Positions 10,091 to 19,137 of a DNA stretch of 64,000 nt are shown piece by piece; position 1 is the first letter of the stretch, and the number at the start of each line of letters is the position of its first letter. Both the position numbers and the translations under genes were made by a program. Source of the stretch: Candidatus Caldarchaeales archaeon. GTDB taxonomy: Archaea > Thermoproteota > Nitrososphaeria_A > Caldarchaeales > Calditenuaceae. Below the pieces are notes generated by a model. It was not told the DNA's origin, made no database searches, and worked only from the letters and a program-made list of their open reading frames with translations. The stretch covers positions 64,001 through 128,000 of the forward strand of contig JBCNVM010000002.1 in assembly GCA_039630085.1 (NCBI GenBank), given 5' to 3'.

Positions 10091-10986
10091 AGGAGCCTCA
10101 TCCTGGGGTCCAAGGCGTCACGGAGTCCGTCACCGATCAGGTTGAAGGAGAGGACGGTCAGGAATATCGCGAGGCCCGGAGCGAGCACGAGGTGCTGCTG
10201 CGAGAAGATGTAGAGGTAGTACTCCCCGAGCATCTGGCCCCACTCCGGCGTCGGCGGCTGTACACCAACCCCGAGGAACCCGAGGCCCGCGGCGACCAGT
10301 ATCGCGGTACCCATGTAGAGCGTGGCCTGGACGATCACCGGCGAGAGAGCGTTGGGGAGGACGTGCCTGAACATTATCACGTAGCTGGGGAGCTGGAGTG
10401 CCCTCGCGGCCTCGATGTAGTGCATCTCCCTGATCGTCAGGACCGAGGCCCTCACGAGCCTCGTGAAGACCGGGACGGCCGTCACCCCAACCGAGATGAT
10501 CACGTTCTGGAGGCCGACCCCGAGCATCGCGACCAGCGAGAGGGCGAGGAGGAAGGTCGGGAAGGAGAGCAGGACGTCTGTGACCCTCTGGACCACCATG
10601 TCCACCCACCTCGAGAAGTAGCCGGAGAGGAGACCGAGGACGACCCCGATCGCCGCCCCAAAGGAGACGGCCGCGAGCCCCACCAGCAGGGACATCCTGC
10701 TCCCGTGGAGGATCCTCGAGAGGACATCCCTTCCGAGCTGGTCAGTGCCGAGCGGGTGCTCCGGGCTCGGAGGACTCAGCGCGTTCGCAAGGTCCTGCCT
10801 GATCGGATTGTGCGGGTAGTAGTCGGCGAGCAGGGCGCTCGCGATGAACCCCAAAAGCATCACCAGCCCCGCGACTGCGGCCCTGTTCCTCCTGTACCTC
10901 CTCCAGAACTCCCTGAGGAGCGCGAACCTTGTCCTCTCCTCGACGCCCTCGAGCTCCCTGAGCAGCTCCGTCTCCTGGCTAGTCAT
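10087..10986 (-). CDS. Peptide ABC transporter permease (DppC/OppC)
   Basis: HPLGTDQLGRD, EAA loop YIEAARAL, PPTPEWG, GDGLRDALDP. Confidence 0.95.
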   Translation of the reverse strand: MTSQETELLRELEGVEERTRFALLREFWRRYRRNRAAVAGLVMLLGFIASALLADYYPHNPIRQDLANALSPPSPEHPLGTDQLGRDVLSRILHGSRMSLLVGLAAVSFGAAIGVVLGLLSGYFSRWVDMVVQRVTDVLLSFPTFLLALSLVAMLGVGLQNVIISVGVTAVPVFTRLVRASVLTIREMHYIEAARALQLPSYVIMFRHVLPNALSPVIVQATLYMGTAILVAAGLGFLGVGVQPPTPEWGQMLGEYYLYIFSQQHLVLAPGLAIFLTVLSFNLIGDGLRDALDPRMRLL

Positions 10987-11908
10987 ATCTGATCCGCGGG
11001 TCTAAGTAGGAGTAGATTACGTCGACGACGATGTTGATCACTATGAAGATCACCGCGGTCATCAGGACGACGCCTTGGATCACCGGGTAGTCCCTGGCCA
11101 TCATCGACTCGTACAGCAGTCTGCCGATGCCCGGCCACGCGAAGACCGTCTCCGTCAGGACTGCTCCCCCGAGCAGGTTCCCGAACTGGAGGCCGACCAC
11201 CGTGACGACCGGTATCAGCGCGTTCCTGAGGGCGTGCTTGTAGACCACCGTCCTCTCTTCGAGCCCCTTCGACCTGGCCGTCCTGACGTAGTCCTGGCTC
11301 AGCGCCTCGATCATGCTGGACCGGGTCATCCTGACTATGAGAGCCGAGGAGAAGAGCGCCAGCGTTAGGGCCGGGAGGACGACGCTCTCGGGCCTCTCGG
11401 CTCCCGCCGCGGGGAGTAGGCGCAGGTTCACCGCGAAGACCAGGATGAGAATGATCCCGAGCCAGTAGACGGGCATCGAGACCCCGAAGAGCGAGGCGGT
11501 CGTTATCGCGTAGTCTGCTCTGGTGTAGCGGTGCCTTGCCGAGAAGACGCCTACCAGGACTCCCACGGTGATAGCGATGGCCATCGCGGCGAGCGTCAGC
11601 GCGAAGGTGTACGGAAGGCGCGAGGCTATCTCCACGATGACCGGGCTCCCCGTCCTCGCGGAGGTCCCGAGGTCGCCCCTGATCAGGTTGGAGAGGAAAA
11701 CGATGTACTGCTCGTGTATGGGTTTGTCGAGCCCGAGGAAGGCCCTGATCCTTTGGACCTCCTCCTCGCTCGCCAGAAGACCCGCGATAACCCTCGCTGG
11801 GTCGCCGGGGAGAAGCCTGACCATCATGAAGACCAAGAGCGAGACGCCGAAAAAGGTGGGGATTGAAATTAGGACCCTCCTTACGACGTAGTTGAGCAGT
11901 CCGCCCAC
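10979..11908 (-). CDS. Peptide ABC transporter permease (DppB/OppB)
   Basis: LLPGDPA, DYVRTARSKGL, HALRNAL, ETVFAWPGIG, RDYP. Confidence 0.95.
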   Translation of the reverse strand: MGGLLNYVVRRVLISIPTFFGVSLLVFMMVRLLPGDPARVIAGLLASEEEVQRIRAFLGLDKPIHEQYIVFLSNLIRGDLGTSARTGSPVIVEIASRLPYTFALTLAAMAIAITVGVLVGVFSARHRYTRADYAITTASLFGVSMPVYWLGIILILVFAVNLRLLPAAGAERPESVVLPALTLALFSSALIVRMTRSSMIEALSQDYVRTARSKGLEERTVVYKHALRNALIPVVTVVGLQFGNLLGGAVLTETVFAWPGIGRLLYESMMARDYPVIQGVVLMTAVIFIVINIVVDVIYSYLDPRIRYD

Positions 11909-11915
11909 GATCCTA

Positions 11916-13496
11916 TCACGCCGGCTCTGCGGTCACTATGACGAACTTCTCGTTCGGCAGGTAGGACACTCCCTTGATCTTCGCGGAGTAGACCAGCGGG
12001 AAGTTCTGGGTCCAGAGGAAGATGAACGGCGCGTCGTCCCAGACGATCCTGGCTATCTCGCAGAGCACCTTCGCCCTCTCGTTGGGGTCGGTGATCCTCA
12101 GCTGCTGATCGAAGAGCTCGTCGACCCTCGGGTTCTTGTAGTACGAAGTCGCCAGCCCGGCCGGTGGCCAGTAGCCGGACCAGTAGACGAGGAACATCTG
12201 GTACGCGTCGAGGTAGGCGGGCGCCCATCCGAGCAGGTGCAGGTGGTGAGAGACCTGGTCGGGAGGCCTGTTAATGGTCGCGACGTACGTCGGCCAGTCC
12301 ATCGTCCGCATCTCGACGTCGAACCCGACCTCCCTCAGGTACCCCGCCACCGCTTGAGCCGCGACCGCGTCGTTGATGTACCTGCCCGTCGGATAGAGGA
12401 AGAGGACCTTCGTGCCGGGCCTGACTCCGGCCTGTCTCAGCAGCTCGCGCGCCTTCGCGGGGTCATAGGGATACTGTCCGACGGGGCAGTACCCGAAGAG
12501 GCTCTTGTGCATCGGCGCGTCGACCGGATCGACGATCCCAAACATCACGTTCTTGATGATGGATTCCTTATCGACGGCGTAGTTGAGCGCCTGACGGACT
12601 CGCTTGTCGTTGAAGGGCTCGACCCTGTTGTTGATGGAGATGAAGATTAGCCTGTCGCTCGGCGCAAGGAGCACCTTCACGTTGGGGTTGGCCTTCAGCC
12701 TCTCGATCTCTGCAACCGGCGGGAGCATTATCATGTCGACCTCGCCGGCCAGAATCAGGGACAGCCGAGTCGCCGCGTCTGGCACTATCTTAAAGACGAT
12801 CTGGTCGTAATACGGCCGCTTGCCCCAGTATTCTTGGGCTCTCGTTAGAACGAGCCTGTCTCCCCTGACGTACTCGCTGATCACGTACGGGCCCGTGCCG
12901 ATCGGCCTGGTGATCAAGGTGTAGTTGTTGCCCGGGGTCTCGACCGTCTTAGGCGAGATGATGGCCGACGTCGTCCACGTAAGTGCATGGATAAGGGGCG
13001 CGAACGGGTACTTCAGGACGAGCCTCACGGTGAGGTCGTCAACCACCTCGACGCGCTCAATGGGGGTATACGGCGCCCTGATCGGGACCCTCACCTTCGG
13101 GTCGAGGACCCTCTCGAGGGAGAACTTCACGGCCTGAGCAGTCAGGGGGCTGCCGTCGTGGAACTTGACGCCGGACCTCAGCTTGATGATCACCACTTTG
13201 CCTTCCTCCTCGTACCTGTACTCGGTAGCGAGGTTCGGGAGCAACTCTCCCTTCTCGTTGATCCTGAAAAGCGTCTCCACGACGTGGTCGAGCATGTTAG
13301 CGACGGTCGTCGTCGTCTGACTCGCCGGGTCGAACGTGTCGATGTCCACGCTCACCGCCATCCGGAAGACCTTCGGGGCCGGCGGCTGCGAGGGCTGAAG
13401 GAGGAAGAACCCTGCAACCAGCGCGACCACCAGCACGGCGGCCGCCAGTATAACGAGGGACCTGCTGAGACCTCTCGCGTCTCTCATCATTTTCAT
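11916..13496 (-). CDS. Peptide ABC transporter substrate-binding protein (family 5)
   Basis: N-terminal TM anchor, KFHDGSPLTA, IGTGPY, VRQALNYAVD; start moved downstream of the ORF-track start. Confidence 0.93.
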   Translation of the reverse strand: MKMMRDARGLSRSLVILAAAVLVVALVAGFFLLQPSQPPAPKVFRMAVSVDIDTFDPASQTTTTVANMLDHVVETLFRINEKGELLPNLATEYRYEEEGKVVIIKLRSGVKFHDGSPLTAQAVKFSLERVLDPKVRVPIRAPYTPIERVEVVDDLTVRLVLKYPFAPLIHALTWTTSAIISPKTVETPGNNYTLITRPIGTGPYVISEYVRGDRLVLTRAQEYWGKRPYYDQIVFKIVPDAATRLSLILAGEVDMIMLPPVAEIERLKANPNVKVLLAPSDRLIFISINNRVEPFNDKRVRQALNYAVDKESIIKNVMFGIVDPVDAPMHKSLFGYCPVGQYPYDPAKARELLRQAGVRPGTKVLFLYPTGRYINDAVAAQAVAGYLREVGFDVEMRTMDWPTYVATINRPPDQVSHHLHLLGWAPAYLDAYQMFLVYWSGYWPPAGLATSYYKNPRVDELFDQQLRITDPNERAKVLCEIARIVWDDAPFIFLWTQNFPLVYSAKIKGVSYLPNEKFVIVTAEPA

Positions 13497-13595
13497 GCAA
13501 CATCCCATTGTTGTTGATGATAAAGTTTTTTGGAGATAAAGCTTGCCGGGGTAACCGGCGCAAACGTGATATCCGGAGGGGCGGACGGGCCGTCG

Positions 13596-14648
13596 ATGAA
13601 CCCGCCCGTGATCGACCTGCACGAGGACGTCTCGCTCTACTACACGTTCGCGGGGCACGGTCTGAAGTTCGGGCCGGCGGACTTCGACGCAGACGTGCCG
13701 GGAAGGCACGGCGATATCCCCAAGTACAGAAGGGCGAACGTGAGGCTCGTCTTCGCCGCGATCGCGTTCGTGATGCCGACGGTCAGCGGGTACAGGTCCG
13801 CCCAGCTGACCGCCGGTTACGGAATGAGGTTCGGGACCTACAGGGTCAGGGCTCCGGTGGCCGTTGCGCTGGAGCACGTCAAAGTCTACTACGGCCTCCT
13901 CTCGAAACACGGCCGCGACCTAGGACTGATCAGGCGGCCGGAGGACGTGAAGGAGGTCGAGAGGGGCGACGGGAGGACTTGGTTCCTGATGGCCCTAGAG
14001 GGCGCAGAGCCGCTGGAGGACGTCGAGGACCTTGACCTCTTCTACGCGCTGGGACTGAGGTCCTTACAGCTCACCTGGAACTTCGACAACAAATACGCGG
14101 CGTCGTGCATGTCAAGGCGGGACTACGGCCTGACGGGCGACGGTGCCGAGCTGGTCAGGAGGTGCAACGAGCTGGGTGTCATCGTGGACCTGGCCCACGC
14201 GAGCAGGAGGACAGCGCTGGAGGTCCTCGAGACCTCGGAGCTCCCTGCGGTGATAAGCCACGCGAACGCCTCGGCAGTCCACCAGCACAAGAGGAACGTC
14301 GACGACGAGGTCCTCGAGCGGTTGAAGGGCAACGGCGGGGTCATCGGGGTCACCCTGATAGAGCCCACGATCGGGGCGGAGGCGGACTTCAGGAGGCTCG
14401 CGGACCACGTGATGCACATAAGGAGGAGGATCGGGATCGACCACGTCGCGCTGGGGACGGACTTCTTCGGGCTGCTGAACATGCGGGAGCCGGAGGGCCT
14501 CGAGGACGTCACGAGGCTCGAGAACCTCTGGAGGGAGCTGCGCTCGAGGGGCCTGAGCGAGGAGGAGGTCGAGAAGGTCGCGTTCCGTAACGCCATGAGG
14601 GTGATATGGGCCAACGCGGAGAGGTGGGTCGATCTGTTCAGGCGCTGA
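13596..14648 (+). CDS. Membrane dipeptidase family (M19)
   Basis: DLHED, LEGAEP, LTWNFDN, VDLAH, SHAN, RNVDD, LGTDFFG. Confidence 0.9.
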   Translation: MNPPVIDLHEDVSLYYTFAGHGLKFGPADFDADVPGRHGDIPKYRRANVRLVFAAIAFVMPTVSGYRSAQLTAGYGMRFGTYRVRAPVAVALEHVKVYYGLLSKHGRDLGLIRRPEDVKEVERGDGRTWFLMALEGAEPLEDVEDLDLFYALGLRSLQLTWNFDNKYAASCMSRRDYGLTGDGAELVRRCNELGVIVDLAHASRRTALEVLETSELPAVISHANASAVHQHKRNVDDEVLERLKGNGGVIGVTLIEPTIGAEADFRRLADHVMHIRRRIGIDHVALGTDFFGLLNMREPEGLEDVTRLENLWRELRSRGLSEEEVEKVAFRNAMRVIWANAERWVDLFRR

Positions 14649-14733
14649 GCCTCCCTGACCAATCCGAGGACGGCCAAGCTACGAGTCGCCCGGTGTCATC
14701 AGTGGGCCTGGCGGTCTCGGGACCTCGACGGCC

Positions 14734-16509
14734 TCACTTGACGGTGACGCTCTTCGCGAGGTTCCTCGGTTTGTCGATCTCGGCGCCCCTCTCCAAGGCT
14801 AGGTAATAGGCGAGGAGCTGGAGCGGGAGGGCCTCGAGGAGGACCGTCGCGTACTTAGAACCCGTGCGAGGGAGCCTGAGGAAGTAGTCGTAGGACCTGT
14901 GGTGCTCGTCGGAGACCCCGATCACCTTCGCTCCCCTCGCCTTAACCTCCATGCAGTTGGAGAGGGTGTCGTGGTAGGTCTCGTCCTTGGGGTTGAGCAC
15001 GACGACCGGCGTGCCCTTCTCGATCAGGGCGAGGGTTCCGTGCTTCAGCTCGCCGGCCGCGAGGCCCTCCGCGTGGACGTAGGCGAGCTCCTTCACCTTC
15101 AGGGCCCCTTCGAGCGCCAGGGGGTAGTGTATGCCCCTTCCGATCACGTAGAGGTCCCTCGCGTCCCTGAGCTCCCTCGCGATCTCGGCGATCGACTGCT
15201 CCAGCTCCAGGACCTCCTCAACGGCCTCAGCGATGACCCTCGGGTCGAAGGGCATCGGCGATCCGGAGAGCCTCAGCGCGATCCTCAGCAGAGTCGCGAC
15301 CTGAGACGTGAAGCTCTTCGTCGCAGCGACTCCGACCTCCGGGCCAGCCGAGACGTTCAGGTGCAGGTCCGAGAGCCTCTCGAGGCTCGAGCCAGGCATG
15401 TTGACGATCCCGATGATCTTGGCGCCTCTCGACTTCGCGTCCCTGACGGCCTCCAGGACGTCCGCGGTCTCGCCGCTCTGGCTCACGGCCACGACCGCGC
15501 AGCCACCGTCGACCCACCTCGAGTGGAGCGAGTACTCGCTGGCAAGGACTGGGTGGACCTCGATCCCCGCCACCTCGGCGAAGATGTATCTCCCGACGAG
15601 GCAGGCGTGGTAGCTCGTCCCCGCCGCTACCAGAAGGACCCTCTTGGCGGACCTGATCGCTTCCGCGACCTCGTCGATTGGCCCGAGGTCGACGGTCAGG
15701 GACCTTAGGACGGTCCTCCGCTGGTCGTGGATCTCCTTCAGCGTGTGGTGGACGTAGCCCCGCTTCTCGATGTCGGCGATCTCGATCGCGACCTTAACGG
15801 GCTTCAGCTCGAGGGGTTCTCCGGAGATCAGCCAGGCCTCGACTCTGCCGGGCTCGATGACCGCGCAGGACTCGTTCTCGAGGAAGACCGCGTCGTCGGT
15901 GAACTCCAGGAAGCTCAGGACGTCGCTGGACGGGATGCAGGCGTCCCTCCTGTACCCGACGACGAGCGGTGGGCCGTGCCGGGCCGCGAGGATCCTGTTC
16001 CCCAGCTGAGCGGCTATCGCGATAAAGGCGAAGCTGCCCTGAAGCGACCTCACCACTCTCGTGAGGGCCTCCCTCGGGTCGGCGCCCGGCCTGCCAAGCT
16101 CCTCCTCCAGCAGGTGGGCGATCACCTCGGTGTCGGTCTCGCTGGCGAAGACGTGGCCCCTCGACTCGAGCTCAGACCTGAGGGCCTCGTGGTTCTCGAT
16201 GATCCCGTTGTGGACGACCGCGACCCTCCCGTCGCAGGAGAGGTGGGGGTGAGCGTTCCTGTCGGAGACGCCGCCGTGGGTCGCCCACCTCGTGTGCCCT
16301 ATGCCGACGCTCGACTTGGGCGCGTTGAGCCCGCCGATGGCTCCGATCAGCTCGTCGACGCTCCCGGCCCTCTTCGCGACCCACATTCGGTCTCCCTCCA
16401 GGAGGGCGACCCCGGCCGAGTCGTACCCCCTGTACTCGAGCCTCTTGAGGCCCCTGAGGACGACCTCAAGGGCGTCGCCCCTCCCGGTGAACCCGATGAT
16501 CCCGCACAA
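14734..16509 (-). CDS. glmS: Glutamine-fructose-6-phosphate transaminase
   Basis: MCGIIG, LEYRGYDSAG, GHTRWATHG, SQSGETAD, PRNLAKSVTVK. Confidence 0.97.
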   Translation of the reverse strand: MCGIIGFTGRGDALEVVLRGLKRLEYRGYDSAGVALLEGDRMWVAKRAGSVDELIGAIGGLNAPKSSVGIGHTRWATHGGVSDRNAHPHLSCDGRVAVVHNGIIENHEALRSELESRGHVFASETDTEVIAHLLEEELGRPGADPREALTRVVRSLQGSFAFIAIAAQLGNRILAARHGPPLVVGYRRDACIPSSDVLSFLEFTDDAVFLENESCAVIEPGRVEAWLISGEPLELKPVKVAIEIADIEKRGYVHHTLKEIHDQRRTVLRSLTVDLGPIDEVAEAIRSAKRVLLVAAGTSYHACLVGRYIFAEVAGIEVHPVLASEYSLHSRWVDGGCAVVAVSQSGETADVLEAVRDAKSRGAKIIGIVNMPGSSLERLSDLHLNVSAGPEVGVAATKSFTSQVATLLRIALRLSGSPMPFDPRVIAEAVEEVLELEQSIAEIARELRDARDLYVIGRGIHYPLALEGALKVKELAYVHAEGLAAGELKHGTLALIEKGTPVVVLNPKDETYHDTLSNCMEVKARGAKVIGVSDEHHRSYDYFLRLPRTGSKYATVLLEALPLQLLAYYLALERGAEIDKPRNLAKSVTVK

Positions 16510-16659
16510 GACTCGCTACCTGACCCTGTTCCGTCCCTCCCTCGATTTAAGCTGTGAGAACCTCCAACCTGCTCGAACCGGGGTTCTACCGTTAGAACAG
16601 CGCACGAACGCGAGACTGGCGCGGCTCACCTATATCACGGGCTCCAGACGAGGGGTGCT

Positions 16660-17580
16660 GTGGGCAGGGTCCTGGTGGCCTGCAGGCTCGACAGGGCCGG
16701 CGTCGAGATGATGAGGGAGGCTGGGCTGGAGGTAGTCTACAGGGAGGAGATAACCCAGGAGGAGTTCGACAGAACCTACGCCGACTACGACGCGGTGATC
16801 GTGAGGAGCAACGTCAGGGTCAGGCCGGTGAGGGGGAAGGGGAACTTGAGAGTGATCGTGAGGGCAGGGGTCGGGCTGGACAACGTCGACGTCGCAGGTT
16901 TCTCGGAGCTGGGAGTCAAGGTGCTCAACACCCCTGAGGCCGTCACGAGGGCGGTCGCCGAGCTTACGATCGGGCTGATGCTCTGCCTCGCGAGGGACAT
17001 CGTGAGGCTCGCCTCGGACCTGAAGGAAGGCAGGTGGTCGAAGGCGCAGGCACACGGCATCGAGCTCGCAGGGAAGACGGTCGGGATAGTCGGGTGCGGG
17101 AGGATAGGGAGGGAGGTCGCGAGGCTCGCTAGGGCGCTCGGGATGAAGGTCCTTGTGAACGACGTCATCGAGGTCCCGGGGTCTTTCCTCGAGGAGGTCG
17201 GGGCACGGCAGGTCGACCTCGAGACGCTCCTGAGGGAGTCGGACTTCGTGACCGTCCATGTCCCCCTCGACCCGAGCACCAAGGGCCTCATCGGCGAGAG
17301 GGAGCTGAGGTCGATGAAGCGGACGGCCTTCCTGGTCAACACCTCGAGGGGCGGAGTGATCGAGGAGGGGGCTCTGAGGAGGGCCCTCAGCGAAGGGTGG
17401 ATCGCAGGCGCCGCGCTGGACGTCTTCTCCAAAGAGCCTCCGGAGGACCTCGAGCTCCTCAGGCACCCTAGGCTGATACCCACCCCGCACGTCGGCGCGC
17501 AGACTTCGGAGGCCCAGAGGACCGCGGGGATCGAGGCAGCGAAGCTCGTGATCGCGGAGCTCGGTACGCGCCGGGCGTAG
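16660..17580 (+). CDS. D-3-phosphoglycerate / D-2-hydroxyacid dehydrogenase
   Basis: RAGVGLDNVD, GCGRIG, NTSRG, AALDVF..EP, TPHVGAQT. Confidence 0.9.
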   Translation: MGRVLVACRLDRAGVEMMREAGLEVVYREEITQEEFDRTYADYDAVIVRSNVRVRPVRGKGNLRVIVRAGVGLDNVDVAGFSELGVKVLNTPEAVTRAVAELTIGLMLCLARDIVRLASDLKEGRWSKAQAHGIELAGKTVGIVGCGRIGREVARLARALGMKVLVNDVIEVPGSFLEEVGARQVDLETLLRESDFVTVHVPLDPSTKGLIGERELRSMKRTAFLVNTSRGGVIEEGALRRALSEGWIAGAALDVFSKEPPEDLELLRHPRLIPTPHVGAQTSEAQRTAGIEAAKLVIAELGTRRA

Positions 17581-17629
17581 CGGATACGCGGGCTAAAGGA
17601 CAATTATAGGGTGTAACCGACCGTGTGGT

Positions 17630-19054
17630 GTGAGGCGAGGGATAGGGTTAGCTCTGGTCGGGATGCTGGCGGTCGCGCTGGCGCTGAGCCTCAACCCCGC
17701 CGAGGCCTCGAACTTCATCAGCTCGGTCCACGACGACAGGCTCACCGTCACGCTCACCTATCCCGCGGAGGTGAAGAGGGGGACCTGCTTCCAGGTCAGG
17801 GTCGAGGCCTTCGCCCACGAGCCGCTCTCCAAACTGAACCTGACCGTGAGGCTCGAGCTGCGTTCCGGAGCGACCGTGATCGGCCTCCTGTCGGCGCCGG
17901 TCGTGACGCTCTGGTCGGGCTCTCCGGGTCCGGTGGTCAACACCCACGTGGGAGCCTGCGTGGCGACATCGCACCCGACCGGCGTCATAGTCTCGAAGGT
18001 CGAATTCGAGTACCTCCACTCCGGGAGCGAGTTCAACCTAACGAACCTCTTCCAGATGGCCTTCGTGAGGGACCGGACCTACGAGGAGCTGGCTGCTCTC
18101 CTGGGCTCCGCGACCTCGGAGGTGGATAGCCTCCGCAACGCCCTGAACGAGGCGATGAGGACGATAGGTTCGCTGACGGAGGAGGTGAGGAGGCTCAGGT
18201 CGGAGCTCGAGAGGAGCAGGGCAGAGGTGGCCGCGCTCCAGAGGGAGAAGTCGGAGCTGGAGAACAGGCTCAACGCCCTGAACGCCCTCTACGAGGGGCT
18301 CAGGAGGGAGTACGAGTCGCTCAGGATGAACCACGAGAGGCTCCTGAGGGATCACGCGGCGCTCCAAAACGCGGAGGCTTCTCTGAGGAGGTCCTACGAG
18401 GAGCTGGTGAAGGCCCACCGCGACCTCCAAGGGGACTTCGCAACCCTTCAGGAGGCCTACGCGAAGCTTCGGGAGGAGCACTCGACCCTGAGGGCGCTCC
18501 ACGAGGACCTGAGGACCAGGCACGAGAGGCTTGGTGCGGCCTACGAGGAGTCGGTGAGGACCGCGGGCTCCTTGAGGGGAGCCCTCGAGGAGAAGGCGAG
18601 GCAGGTCGACGTCCTAACGGCGATGCTCGAGGGGGCCCTCAGGGAGAGGGCGATCTTCAGCAACATCGTGATCGGACAGGCGCTTGGGCTCGGAGGACTG
18701 GGGGCCCTCTATTTGCTCGAGCGGAGGAGGGTCAAGAGGGGCGCGTCGGGACAGGCCTCTGCGACCGGCAACGGTGCTGCGACCCCCTTACCACCCGAGA
18801 ACGGGAACGGCAACGGCGACAGCGAGTCCTTGATCCAGAGGGTGATATCGGGGAGGAGGATCACGATACCGAAGCCAATAGCCGAGAGGCTGGGGATCAA
18901 GGTAGGCGACCTCGTCGAGCTCTCGCTCGCTAACGGCCACGTGTCCGTCAGGCCGATCTCCCAGGCCCCGCAGCTCAAGCAGCAGCCGGAGGCTGCAGAC
19001 CAGCAGCAACGGCAGTCCTCAGGCCATCAGCCCGAGGGCGCTAAGGGCAAGTAG
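17630..19054 (+). CDS. Single-pass membrane protein: signal peptide, beta-rich head, long coiled coil, TM helix, cytoplasmic AbrB/MazE-type DNA-binding domain
   Basis: Signal peptide ending AEA; long heptad repeats; TM followed by RRRVKR; QRVISGRRITIPKPIAERLGIKVGDLVEL is AbrB-like. Confidence 0.8.
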   Translation: MRRGIGLALVGMLAVALALSLNPAEASNFISSVHDDRLTVTLTYPAEVKRGTCFQVRVEAFAHEPLSKLNLTVRLELRSGATVIGLLSAPVVTLWSGSPGPVVNTHVGACVATSHPTGVIVSKVEFEYLHSGSEFNLTNLFQMAFVRDRTYEELAALLGSATSEVDSLRNALNEAMRTIGSLTEEVRRLRSELERSRAEVAALQREKSELENRLNALNALYEGLRREYESLRMNHERLLRDHAALQNAEASLRRSYEELVKAHRDLQGDFATLQEAYAKLREEHSTLRALHEDLRTRHERLGAAYEESVRTAGSLRGALEEKARQVDVLTAMLEGALRERAIFSNIVIGQALGLGGLGALYLLERRRVKRGASGQASATGNGAATPLPPENGNGNGDSESLIQRVISGRRITIPKPIAERLGIKVGDLVELSLANGHVSVRPISQAPQLKQQPEAADQQQRQSSGHQPEGAKGK

Positions 19055-19137
19055 GCGCTGAGGCCGCTGGGGCGACCGGACTCGGAAGCACGGGAGAAAA
19101 GACGGACCGGAGGTGAGGTGGACGCTGGGCGCTCGGG

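Noticed and set aside
14630-14701. Minus-strand TGATGA...CTGA as a C/D sRNA downstream of glmS
   Set aside because: Spacing too long, no credible D'/C' boxes, no target I recognise
16510-16660. glmS ribozyme
   Set aside because: No conserved core seen; short leader after a TATA-like element; the element is bacterial
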